NCBI GenBank assembly: GCA_043822705.1
Contig: JBDRBK010000088.1
Coordinates: 1 to 22,799 of the forward strand
Reading direction: 5' to 3'
DNA length: 22,799 bases
From: Fidelibacterota bacterium
GTDB taxonomy: Bacteria; Fidelibacterota; Marinisomatia; Marinisomatales; TCS56
Shown here: positions 8,016 through 16,637 of the stretch, in pieces
How positions within the stretch are numbered: the stretch's first letter is position 1
How the letters are laid out: every line of letters starts with the position of its first letter
Position numbers and translations under genes: made by a program
Notes under the pieces: generated by a model
The model's input: only the letters and a program-made list of their open reading frames with translations
The model's database searches: none
Told to the model about the DNA's origin: nothing

Positions 8016-8861
8016 TTAAGTGAAGCCCTGGTTTTCATAAAGCCGCCGGGCGCCATCCAGATTGCTGAAAACCGATAGCGACACCGATTGCGTGTTTTGA
8101 TCGGCGAACAGCCACCGCAATCCCCGATTCAGCAGCGCTGTTCCAATTCCCCGCCGGCAAAAGTGCTGGTCGACACCAAGGAATTCAATTTTACCGTGGC
8201 TGTGATCGGTCGAGTGGCTGGCAACCACAAATCCGGTGACTGAATCGTCCATTGTAGTAAGATAAATTTTGAATTGACCGTTGGCACTGCTGATCAGTCG
8301 CTGAGCACTGTAAGGGCTGCCGGGGAAAGTCGATTCATATAAATGAATAAAAGATCCGGATAAATTTCCGGTCAATTCTCTGATCACCAGAGAATCCGGA
8401 TTCGGAATGAAAGCATTCCGGCTCAGATTATAATTGTTTGAAGGGGCTAGTCGTTCCTTGAATCCCATTTGGGTGTAAAACCGGTGCAGAAAAGCATTCG
8501 CCAGATTGGGATAGGCATCCAATTGGTTGATCGATTCCGGTAACTGGTTCAGCAAATGGATATATAAATCAATGGCGTCGGAGACTTCATTTGTAATAAC
8601 CAGGTGGGGACCGTGTAACCAGCCCCGCCCGAGGTCTTCATCGAATTCGCAGCCCAGGGTGCCGACCATTCGACCATCGTTAAAAGCGCCCAGATAAAGC
8701 AGTTCGTTGTCGGCGTCCATTTTTTTGAAATCCTGGAGCAGGGTTGCTTTATCATCCCCGGCCCAGGAATTAATGCACTGGGTCTGCGGATGGCGGCACA
8801 ACGGCACGATAAAATCAATCAAGCCGGGAAATTCGGCGGGTTGGATTAATCTTATTATCAT
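8016..8861 (-). CDS. Tandem GNAT-family N-acetyltransferase, probably truncated by a premature TAA
   Basis: C-terminal GNAT motifs IEFLGVDQHFCRRGIGTALL and N..ARRLYENQGF. Degenerate N-terminal GNAT (GRMVGTLG...FYTQMGF). ATG 8861 preferred over 8918. The frame stays open past the TAA to a TAG at 7965-7967. Confidence 0.82.
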   Translation of the reverse strand: MIIRLIQPAEFPGLIDFIVPLCRHPQTQCINSWAGDDKATLLQDFKKMDADNELLYLGAFNDGRMVGTLGCEFDEDLGRGWLHGPHLVITNEVSDAIDLYIHLLNQLPESINQLDAYPNLANAFLHRFYTQMGFKERLAPSNNYNLSRNAFIPNPDSLVIRELTGNLSGSFIHLYESTFPGSPYSAQRLISSANGQFKIYLTTMDDSVTGFVVASHSTDHSHGKIEFLGVDQHFCRRGIGTALLNRGLRWLFADQNTQSVSLSVFSNLDGARRLYENQGFT

Positions 8862-9041
8862 GTTTTGCAGTTGCTTCTGGTAATGCGGGAGTATGGATGA
8901 TGCAGTGTCGCGATTCAATAATAATTAATCGGTACACTACCGAATAACGAGGTATATTTAAAGAAAAATTTAGGTACGCATGACTTAAAAATTGAAAAAA
9001 ATGCAAATCATGCCATCGATTGGATTATGATCATTCTATAA

Positions 9042-9419
9042 TTACTCTTCTGACACCCACCGCAAACCGCGCTCGTAATCATAAAACACTTCGACTTTCA
9101 GGGGAATATTTTCAGCCAGGACGGCGTACAGGCTGGCGATTTTGTGCTGTAGCGTGTTTTTTACGATCAGCGCTTCGCGGTTGGGGGTCTTGATTCTACG
9201 AATTCGGTGCTCATTTTCTACCCGGGCCATGGTCTGTTTTAAAAAGGATTTCACTTTAATAACCTTCCTGATATCCCAGATTTCATTGAACGTGGGATCA
9301 TAATCCGGGTGCCGGACCATCTCCTGCACTACGTCCTGCAGTTCCTGGTGCTCGACTTCACCGGATACCTGTCCAATTATAAGCTTGCGTTCGATATCAA
9401 TATGAAATTCAACTGACAA
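9042..9419 (-). CDS. Small hypothetical protein, SpoIIAA/STAS-SEC14-like fold
   Basis: 125 aa, TTG start preceded by AGGAG. The pattern G.V...E.......HPDY....NEIWDIR...EALIV...VF.DYE..LRWV is typical of SpoIIAA-like proteins. Confidence 0.65.
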   Translation of the reverse strand: MSVEFHIDIERKLIIGQVSGEVEHQELQDVVQEMVRHPDYDPTFNEIWDIRKVIKVKSFLKQTMARVENEHRIRRIKTPNREALIVKNTLQHKIASLYAVLAENIPLKVEVFYDYERGLRWVSEE

Positions 9420-9511
9420 AATAGTCTCCTCGATTACAGATGTAAATTTTTTTGATTTCCGTATTTGTCAAATATGATAAATCGGCGAGTGATTTTTCGC
9501 ACTAATGATAT

Positions 9512-10687
9512 TTACTTAATCTTCATCCCCAGCTTCTTCTTGACCCGGGTGGCGAGCAGCGGGCCCAGGCGTCCTTTTTCATGGGCGATTTTCATGAACA
9601 GGTTGCGCTTGGTTTTCGCCGGCAATTTGTAATCATCCCGGGAAATCATCGACAGGGCGCCTTTCTCGCAGGCGGATATACAGGCGCCGCAGCCCAGGCA
9701 GACCTCCGGCTTGACCATGCTGACCCGGCCGTTGCCGTTACCGGCGGCTTTGTCCAGCCCAATCGCTTTAACGTTACAAGCGGTGAAACAATCACCGCAG
9801 TAATCGCAGACGTCCTGATCGACGACGGCGATGTAGGGCGTTTTGTTGACACCTTTATAATAACCGGCCTGCACACCGGCCATGATTTCGCAGCAGCAAC
9901 CACAGCAGTTGCAGATAAAAGTAGGTTTTTCACGGATATTATCGGTAATGTGGGTCAGGCGCAGGTCCTCAGCGGTTTGCAAGATATCCAGCAATTCGGC
10001 CTTCGTTTTCTGTTCGGCGAAACCGCGCCGCACCAGAAATTCCGAGCCCCGCCCCAGCGAGATACAAATACCTTCGGTAGGCGCCCCTTTCTTGCAGGAT
10101 TTGCCCTCATGCTCGCGCTTGTGGCGGCAATAGCACATCGACACGGCGCCGTACATGGCGCTCATGATAATGTCTTTGGCGCTGTCGAAGGAGACGATTT
10201 CGCTGCTGACCGGGATGTGCTCTTCGTAGGGCAGGGAACGAGTGAGCTGGGTCTTGCTGCCGAAAAATTCCTTGGCCTGGCCCTCCTTGTGGTCCCAATG
10301 GAAATACTCACTCATTAACCGTGCCACCTTATCCATCGGGATGTCGGTGCGATTTTTCATGAAGGTGAATTCGATGAATCCGATCACACCGGGCATTAAC
10401 AGGTAGTACATTTTATCACCGTAAGGCAAATCCATGACGATACCCTTGTCGGCCATCGACTCCAGGACCGGCAGCAGTTTCTTCTCGGGGTAGCCGGTGC
10501 GCTCGATCATTTCGGCCAGGGTGGCTTCCATCAGCGGGAATTTAGAACCGACGTAGGCCTCTTCTTCGGTAAACAGGATCGCCAGCATTTCCCGTAAAAT
10601 TTCATTATCCACCAGACCGATCGGGTACTGGTTGAGGCGATCGATCAGGGGTACCAGGCTGGATTTGGCGTCGGCGATATGTCCCAT
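9512..10687 (-). CDS. Cys-rich 4Fe-4S dicluster protein with an N-terminal winged-helix-like region
   Basis: Two ferredoxin motifs (CDYCGDCFTAC and CLGCGACISAC) plus CYCRH..SC..IC and CNCCGCCC; 18 Cys in total. N-terminal FTEEEA...TLAEMIERTG...LESMADKG resembles a wHTH. Confidence 0.88.
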   Translation of the reverse strand: MGHIADAKSSLVPLIDRLNQYPIGLVDNEILREMLAILFTEEEAYVGSKFPLMEATLAEMIERTGYPEKKLLPVLESMADKGIVMDLPYGDKMYYLLMPGVIGFIEFTFMKNRTDIPMDKVARLMSEYFHWDHKEGQAKEFFGSKTQLTRSLPYEEHIPVSSEIVSFDSAKDIIMSAMYGAVSMCYCRHKREHEGKSCKKGAPTEGICISLGRGSEFLVRRGFAEQKTKAELLDILQTAEDLRLTHITDNIREKPTFICNCCGCCCEIMAGVQAGYYKGVNKTPYIAVVDQDVCDYCGDCFTACNVKAIGLDKAAGNGNGRVSMVKPEVCLGCGACISACEKGALSMISRDDYKLPAKTKRNLFMKIAHEKGRLGPLLATRVKKKLGMKIK

Positions 10688-10689
10688 GC

Positions 10690-11187
10690 CTACCTCAAAG
10701 CCGCCAGTGCCGCTTCATAATCCGGTTCCTGGGCGATCTCGGGGACCTGTTCGGTGTAAATGACCTCGTTGGTTTCGTCGGCAACGATCACACAGCGGGA
10801 ATTCAGGCCTTTCAACGGTCCATCGATTATCCGCAGATTGTAGTCATCGCCGAAGCTGGCCCGGAATGATGACAGGGGAATCACGTTTTCCAATCCTTCG
10901 GCCTCGCAGAAACGTTTCTGGGCGAAGGGCAGATCGGCGGAAATGATCAGCACCACAGTGTTACCCATCCGGCCGGCGGCCTGGTTGAAATAACGGGCCG
11001 AAGCAGCGCAGACGCCGGTATCGAGACTGGGGACGATATTCAAGACTTTCCTTTTGCCGGCAAAATCCGAAAGCCTTTTTTCACTTAAATCACCGGCAAC
11101 CAGGGTGAAGTCAGCGATCGTACTGCCGATCGCCGGTAACTTACCAGTCGTGTTGATCGGGTTGCCTTTTAAAGTAATTTTTGCCAT
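10690..11187 (-). CDS. tpx: Thiol peroxidase (atypical 2-Cys peroxiredoxin)
   Basis: Motifs [16 protein letters not shown] (peroxidatic Cys), [13 protein letters not shown] (resolving Cys) and [20 protein letters not shown] upstream. Confidence 0.95.
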   Translation of the reverse strand: MAKITLKGNPINTTGKLPAIGSTIADFTLVAGDLSEKRLSDFAGKRKVLNIVPSLDTGVCAASARYFNQAAGRMGNTVVLIISADLPFAQKRFCEAEGLENVIPLSSFRASFGDDYNLRIIDGPLKGLNSRCVIVADETNEVIYTEQVPEIAQEPDYEAALAALR

Positions 11188-11238
11188 TATGCCTCCAAAA
11201 TTAAAAATCCGAAGAAGTCTATCGGCGGGAATATACGA

Positions 11239-11913
11239 TCATTCCTGCTGGAATTTATCCGGGTCAACGCTGCCGGCCGCCGCCAGATGTCCGGCCAGTA
11301 TACTGGTATAATGCCGTGCCCAGGTGGCCATTATTCTCACATAGGGCAGGTCGGTAAAAAAACCGTGGTCTTCCAGATATTCCATGTGCAGGTTGCCTTC
11401 GCTATCCAGCGCAGGTAACTGCGAATCGGTCCGGCCATTAAACTCCGGCACCTGAAAACCAAACCGGTCGCAGAGTGATTTATTAAAGGCGGGAGTGGCC
11501 TTGACCCATTTTCCGTTCAGGAATAATTCGGTGTAGCCATGCCAGTAGAAAATATCGGTGCCCATCAAATTGCGCAGTTTTTCGGTGTTCAGATGGTTCC
11601 GCACGTTGGCAAATCCCAACCGGGCCGGGACACCAGCCGCCCGTGCCACCGCCGCCAGCAAGGTCGCCTTTGTAATGCAGAAACCGTAGCCCTGTTCGAT
11701 GACCACACCGGCCCGGAAATTTTTCGGTTTGATCGGTACCCGGTAGGGATCGTAACGGAAATCATCCCGGACATGCCGGAAAAGAACGACCGCCTTTTCA
11801 ATGGGGTCGGTCAGTCCGCTGGTCAAATCAGCGGCATACCGCGCCACCTCCGGTTGATTATAATTGATGAAATATGTCGGCTGCAGATATTGTTTCAGAT
11901 CAGTCGGGTTCAT
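11239..11913 (-). CDS. Transglutaminase-like domain protein
   Basis: Motifs VRDDFRYDPY, GFCITKA (Cys), ARAAGVPARLGFANVRNHL, WHGYTE (His) and GKWVKATPAFN. Confidence 0.88.
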   Translation of the reverse strand: MNPTDLKQYLQPTYFINYNQPEVARYAADLTSGLTDPIEKAVVLFRHVRDDFRYDPYRVPIKPKNFRAGVVIEQGYGFCITKATLLAAVARAAGVPARLGFANVRNHLNTEKLRNLMGTDIFYWHGYTELFLNGKWVKATPAFNKSLCDRFGFQVPEFNGRTDSQLPALDSEGNLHMEYLEDHGFFTDLPYVRIMATWARHYTSILAGHLAAAGSVDPDKFQQE

Positions 11914-11916
11914 GGT

Positions 11917-13029
11917 TCAGAGCAGGCTTTGCATTTTGTTGATCGGTTGTCCGTCAAGCGTCAGGTATTCGGAATACAGGTTGGCGGTCAGGCAGGAATG
12001 GACCGGTAATATCGTCACCAGGCTGCCGATGGTCACGTGGGTCATCATTTCCGGAGGCAGTTGCACGATGCCGTGCTCCTGCGATAGTGCGATCACCGGC
12101 GCGGTTTTATGCGGCGGTCCCCAGCCGTTTTCAGAGACCGGCGCCAGATAACCGAATACCGTCGCAACCGTATCGGTTTTCAGACCTTCCTTGGACAGGT
12201 GGACGGCGCCGCAGTGGATCACAATCTCATTGCGCTTGGGGTATTTACCGATGACCGGACAGACCACCGCCACGGCGACGTCAGCGGCGCTGCAGACGCC
12301 CAGGCGCCATTGCATCAGATCATTGAAAATGAAATTGCCGGGACGAATCTCATCGACGCCGGCGAAATTATCCGCCAGACTGCACCCCGGCGTATCGCCG
12401 ATTGAAATGGCGCAGTGGTCGATCCCCGCCTGCCGCAGGTCTCCCCGGAGGTCGATCAGCCGCCGGACGGCCTCTTCGTGGATCCGCAGGACTTCTTCCG
12501 GTCCGGGTTGCTGATAGGTATGCCCGGCATGGGTCAGGATGCCGCGGAAATTCATGTTGGCGCCGGCCACGATCTTCTGTGCCAGCTCGATAATCTCAGT
12601 CGTATTGTACCACAATTGTCCGCAGCGGTGATAGCCCACGTCAATCTTGATCCAGACCGCCACCGGCCACAGCAGGTGGTCGGCCAGGAAATCCACCGCT
12701 TCCGGCGAATCGACCAGCAGGTGCAGATCGATGTTTTCGGCCAGCCGGTTGATTCGATCGATTTCCCGCAGGTTGACCGGCATCGCCACGGTGATATCCT
12801 TCCAGTCGTCGCGGGCGAAATATTCGGCCATGGCCAGCGATGACACGGTAATTGCCGTTACTCCGCTGTCACGAAACCAGCGACCGATTTCCTGGGACTG
12901 GTGGGTTTTGAAATGCGGCCGGAATAGGACGTCGTTCGTCCCGGCCTTGGTCACCATTCGCTGCAGGTTGCGGCGGGCCCGGTCACTGTCCAGCAGCAGC
13001 GTGGGTTGTTTTATATCCGGTACCGGCAT
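11917..13029 (-). CDS. Fold-type III PLP enzyme, D-serine dehydratase DSD1 / D-threonine aldolase family
   Basis: Motifs PTLLLD, RPHFKTH (PLP Lys), IKIDVGYHRCG, GILTHAGH, GDTP, EIRPGNFIF, LSQEHG and PVHSC (metal ligands). ATG 13029 preferred; GTG 13065 is the alternative. Confidence 0.9.
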   Translation of the reverse strand: MPVPDIKQPTLLLDSDRARRNLQRMVTKAGTNDVLFRPHFKTHQSQEIGRWFRDSGVTAITVSSLAMAEYFARDDWKDITVAMPVNLREIDRINRLAENIDLHLLVDSPEAVDFLADHLLWPVAVWIKIDVGYHRCGQLWYNTTEIIELAQKIVAGANMNFRGILTHAGHTYQQPGPEEVLRIHEEAVRRLIDLRGDLRQAGIDHCAISIGDTPGCSLADNFAGVDEIRPGNFIFNDLMQWRLGVCSAADVAVAVVCPVIGKYPKRNEIVIHCGAVHLSKEGLKTDTVATVFGYLAPVSENGWGPPHKTAPVIALSQEHGIVQLPPEMMTHVTIGSLVTILPVHSCLTANLYSEYLTLDGQPINKMQSLL

Positions 13030-13048
13030 GATAATTCCCAGTTCGATT

Positions 13049-13711
13049 TTATTCCCGACTACCACCGTTACTCGTGGTTTTGAACTGCAGGGAGCGATCC
13101 GCCGTCAGCGACCGGTTGTAATTATCGACCAGTGCCTGAGCGGCGGCGGCGGAAATAATTTTCCGGCCACTGTTATTGAAAATCTTGATCAGCAGGTAGG
13201 CGCCCACCGAGCCGACGGCGACCCCGTGCATCCGCCAGGGATATGAGACCTCGTCATAGTACTCGTATTCTACCGTCTGATCGGTCTGATTGATCGTCAT
13301 GATCGATTTTTTCTCGGTTTCTTTCCGGCGGGCGGCATAGATGCCTCCGGCGATCAGTGCCGCTCCCAACAATTGTTGGGATTTCTGTCGACTGACCAGT
13401 GCCAGAACCGAATCGGCCAGCAGCGTATCGCCGCAGGCACGGTAAAATGCTTCTTCAGAAAGTGGTGTCCGGTCCTGCCGGATTGCCTGCCAGTAAAAAG
13501 CTTTGGTCGAATCCAGTGCCTGTGGTGCTCCATAGACGGTCGACCGTCGAACATTGATTTCTTTGCGCTGGTCAACCACCAGTCGCAGCCGGTTTTGTGG
13601 AAAATCCGCCGACCCGGCGCCGGTCGAATCGATCGGTGTTTGACCGAATAATACGGCCGACAGCAGCACGGTCATGACTGAATAGGCGGTTGGTACGGAT
13701 GCTAACGACAT
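13049..13711 (-). CDS. Exported or membrane hypothetical protein
   Basis: 220 aa. Signal-like N-terminus (VMTVLLSAVLFG|Q), two short Gly-rich hydrophobic helices and AQALVDNYN near the end. GGGGA RBS and an upstream promoter candidate. Confidence 0.7.
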   Translation of the reverse strand: MSLASVPTAYSVMTVLLSAVLFGQTPIDSTGAGSADFPQNRLRLVVDQRKEINVRRSTVYGAPQALDSTKAFYWQAIRQDRTPLSEEAFYRACGDTLLADSVLALVSRQKSQQLLGAALIAGGIYAARRKETEKKSIMTINQTDQTVEYEYYDEVSYPWRMHGVAVGSVGAYLLIKIFNNSGRKIISAAAAQALVDNYNRSLTADRSLQFKTTSNGGSRE

Positions 13712-13750
13712 TGCTTTTTCCCCAATTGATTTGCCTCTTGATTGCCGGGA

Positions 13751-13778
13751 ATTTTAACGGTACCCGGTATGGAATCAA
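13751..13778 (-). promoter_or_regulatory. Putative sigma70 promoter for the 13711-to-9512 gene run
   Basis: On the minus strand: TTGATT (13778-13773), 16-nt spacer, TAAAAT (13756-13751), 40 nt upstream of the ATG at 13711. Confidence 0.45.
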
Positions 13779-13836
13779 AGGTCTAATCGGGCCAGTGTTC
13801 CGGCGTAAGTGGCTTTATGACCAGCGCCGTCACGGT

Positions 13837-14691
13837 TTATCGACCGGCCAGATGCAACGCCGCCGCCCCCAGGATGGCGATATAATCATCATTGGAAATG
13901 GCGATGCGGATATTTTTACGGGCATGCGGGAAAGCGAAATTATCCAGTTCCCGGTCCAGTGCCGGCTGGAAATGCGTATACGATTTGCGGACCGAACCGC
14001 CGAGAATGATTATGCCGGGATCGATGGCATACTGGATCGTCTTGATCGCCTGGGCGAAATGAAAGCCGAACTCGTCGAAAACCGCCTGCGCTTGGGAATC
14101 GCCGGCGGCGGCCGCCGCCGCCAGCCGGTCGCCCGGCTGCCCGCCCCGTTGTTCAAAAAAACGGCCGGTGCAGTAATGCTCGAGGATGCCGTCCCGGTAG
14201 GGGGTCATGCCGAATTCACCGGCGCCGCCGTTGGCACCGTTGTGGAGCCTACCGGCGATAACGATCCCGGCGCCCAGGCCGGTACCGGAGATCAGACCCA
14301 CCAGATTGGGGTAATCCTGTCCCTGTCCGAAATAATATTCACCGAGGGCGAAGCAGTTGGCGTCGTTGTTGATCCGCACCGGCAGCTCGAAGCGCTCTTC
14401 CAGAATATCCTTGAGATGGACCTTCTTCCAGGAAGGAATGTTTTGAACATCATAAACGATACCGCGGTCCATGTCCATGATCGAAGGAAACGCGATGCCG
14501 ATGCCGCTGACGTCGGCGGTCAGGACCTGCTCGATCAGGGCGTAGATCTGCTCCAGCACTTCCGGCACCGTCCCCTGCGATTTGATGCGTATTTGCTCCA
14601 GCCTGATGATTTTTCCGTTCTCCAGCAGCCCGGCGCGGGCGTTGGTGCCGCCGATATCCAGGCCGATTAATGTCGGTTGTATGTTTTTCAA
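13837..14691 (-). CDS. ROK-family sugar kinase (glucokinase-like)
   Basis: Motifs IGLDIGGT, GIGIAFP, NNDANCFALGE, GTGLGAG and GAGEFG. No N-terminal HTH. TTG start with AGGA upstream. Confidence 0.92.
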   Translation of the reverse strand: MKNIQPTLIGLDIGGTNARAGLLENGKIIRLEQIRIKSQGTVPEVLEQIYALIEQVLTADVSGIGIAFPSIMDMDRGIVYDVQNIPSWKKVHLKDILEERFELPVRINNDANCFALGEYYFGQGQDYPNLVGLISGTGLGAGIVIAGRLHNGANGGAGEFGMTPYRDGILEHYCTGRFFEQRGGQPGDRLAAAAAAGDSQAQAVFDEFGFHFAQAIKTIQYAIDPGIIILGGSVRKSYTHFQPALDRELDNFAFPHARKNIRIAISNDDYIAILGAAALHLAGR

Positions 14692-14754
14692 AATATTCTT
14701 CCTGTATATGTTTGTCGAATCAAGGGGAAACTTAATGTGCCGCGAATGAAAAAA

Positions 14755-16185
14755 TCAGCCCTTGATCACCACCAGCGGAACCAGACGGGCCACTTTCCGG
14801 GACAGACCGGCCCGCTCGGTGGCTTCCACCACCGCGCTGACGTCTTTGTAGGCCCCCGGCGCTTCTTCCGCCACGCCCTGCCGGGATGGGCTGCGCACCT
14901 CGATGCCCTGCCCGGCCAATTCGCTGACGACCTGTTCGCCGCGCCAGGTCTTTTTGGCCTTGGTCCGGCTCATGGTGCGCCCGGCGCCGTGACAGGAAGA
15001 GGCCAGCGCCTTGCCGGCGCTTTCCGCAGTGCCGACCAGGATATACGATGAAGTTCCCATCGTGCCGCCGATCAGTACCGGCTGGCCGACCGCCCGGAAA
15101 ACGGCTGGCAGATCCGGGTGGCCGGGACCGTAGGAACGGGTCGCCCCCTTGCGGTGAACATAGACCGTGCGCGCCTGTCCGCCGAAAATATGCTGCTCGC
15201 GTTTGCAGGTGTTGTGGGAAACATCATACAACAGGGTTAATTCGGCCCGGGGCAACAGCCTTTCGAGTGTGCGGCGGGTCAGGTGGGTCAGAATCTGGCG
15301 GTTGGCCAGGGCACAGTTGATACCGGAATTCATCGCCCCCAGGTATTCCCGACCGAGGGCGGAATCGAGCGGTGCACAGGCTAGTTCGCGGTCCTGCAGG
15401 ATAATTCCGTGGCGCGGCGCTTCCTGCGCCATCCGTCTCAGGAATTCGGTGCCGATCTGGTGCCCCAGCCCGCGGGAGCCGCAATGGATGCTGATCTTGA
15501 TATCGCCGATCCGCAGGCCAAAAACGGCGGCGATTTCCGGATCATAAATTTCTGCCACTTGTTGAATTTCCAGGTAGTGATTCCCGGAACCGAGGGTACC
15601 CATCTCGTCGCGCTGACGGTTCCGGGCCAGCGCCGATACGCAGCCGGGATCAGCCGCCGTCATCCGGCCGTTTTCCTCGATCCGGTCCAGGTCTCCAGAA
15701 GTGCCGTAACCCTGTTCCACCGCCCAGTGGGCGCCACCGGCCAGCATGGCGTCCATCTGGCGGTCATTCAGCCGGATATCACCGCGGCTGCCGACACCGG
15801 CGGGAATATCCAGGAACAGTCGATCGGCTAATTCTTTCTTCAGCGGCAGGATATCGTCCACCGTCAATCCGGTGTGCAGGGTTCGCACCCCGCAGGCGAT
15901 GTCGAAACCGACGCCGCCGGCGGAAATCACACCGCCGCGCTCCGGGTCGAAAGCCGCCACCCCACCGATCGGGAAACCGTAGCCCCAGTGGGCATCGGGC
16001 ATGGCATAAGCGGCTTTCAGCAGACCCGGCAGGCGGGTAACATTGGTCACCTGTTCGCCGACCTTGTCATCCATCGCCCGGATCAGGTTGCGATCGGCGA
16101 AAATGATGCCGGGCAATAACTTCGGGTCACCGCCGGTGATTTGCCACTCGCAGTCGGATTTCTGATTGAGCCGGTCAAGATTCAT
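14755..16185 (-). CDS. rtcB: RtcB-family RNA 3'-phosphate/5'-OH ligase (archease-associated type)
   Basis: Motifs MPDAHWGYGFPIGGV, GFDIACG, GTLGSGNHY, HCGSRG, YDVSHN, HRKGAT, IGGTMG, SCHGAGR (guanylylated His), EEAPGAYK and terminal IKG. All are intact. Confidence 0.96.
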   Translation of the reverse strand: MNLDRLNQKSDCEWQITGGDPKLLPGIIFADRNLIRAMDDKVGEQVTNVTRLPGLLKAAYAMPDAHWGYGFPIGGVAAFDPERGGVISAGGVGFDIACGVRTLHTGLTVDDILPLKKELADRLFLDIPAGVGSRGDIRLNDRQMDAMLAGGAHWAVEQGYGTSGDLDRIEENGRMTAADPGCVSALARNRQRDEMGTLGSGNHYLEIQQVAEIYDPEIAAVFGLRIGDIKISIHCGSRGLGHQIGTEFLRRMAQEAPRHGIILQDRELACAPLDSALGREYLGAMNSGINCALANRQILTHLTRRTLERLLPRAELTLLYDVSHNTCKREQHIFGGQARTVYVHRKGATRSYGPGHPDLPAVFRAVGQPVLIGGTMGTSSYILVGTAESAGKALASSCHGAGRTMSRTKAKKTWRGEQVVSELAGQGIEVRSPSRQGVAEEAPGAYKDVSAVVEATERAGLSRKVARLVPLVVIKG

Positions 16186-16208
16186 ATTATGGTTTTAATC
16201 CTGATGTT

Positions 16209-16637
16209 TCAGACATCGACGACACACTGCGCCTGCCATTCTCCGCCGGCAAGTTGATTGACGGCCAGTTCGGTGAAGGTGGCGGCCTTGACTTCCACCA
16301 CCGGCTGGTGCCGGCTGCGGTCAATGGTTTCACCCCAGATGATCGACGTCAGGGTCGTGCCGCTGATCTGCACCTCAAACATGCCGAACAACATTTTTTC
16401 GACGGCCATCAGGTAAATGACTTGATTAATCCAGTCGTAGAACAGCGTATCCCGGTCGGCCGCCTCGAGCTTAAAGGTGATGCCCCGGCCGGGGATAATT
16501 TCGGCGCCGGTGACCACTGCCGTCAGGGCCTTGCCGGCCTGGGAAAAGGCCTGACCCAGGGTCGCACCGATCCCGCGGATGCCGATATCGGCCTGGTGCG
16601 GAAAATGTTCCCAGCGCGGCCGACTGCTTTTGGTCAT
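16209..16637 (-). CDS. Archease (RtcB activator)
   Basis: Motifs WEHFPHQADIGIRG, VEVKAATF and terminal CVVDV. ATG 16637 overlaps the upstream SDR stop (ATGA), so it is preferred over 16658. Confidence 0.93.
   Translation of the reverse strand: MTKSSRPRWEHFPHQADIGIRGIGATLGQAFSQAGKALTAVVTGAEIIPGRGITFKLEAADRDTLFYDWINQVIYLMAVEKMLFGMFEVQISGTTLTSIIWGETIDRSRHQPVVEVKAATFTELAVNQLAGGEWQAQCVVDV

Noticed and set aside
8016..8018. Stop-codon recoding (Sec/Pyl or an alternative genetic code) in the GNAT gene
   Set aside because: The codon is TAA, not TGA or TAG, and all three stop codons terminate other genes normally in this window.
9443..9471. Perfect TTGACA on the minus strand upstream of the SpoIIAA-like gene
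   Set aside because: No convincing -10 hexamer at 16-18 nt spacing, so it is not called as a promoter.
9581..10318. 245-aa + strand ORF, and similar shadows at 16697-17404 and 20841-21497
   Set aside because: Each lies fully opposite a confidently assigned gene.
13690..14670. 326-aa + strand ORF
   Set aside because: Antisense shadow of the ROK kinase with no recognisable motifs; expected in GC-rich DNA.
14755..16637. RtcB/archease as part of an anti-phage or toxin-antitoxin island
   Set aside because: No nuclease, toxin, CARF/WYL regulator or mobility gene nearby; the neighbours are metabolic.
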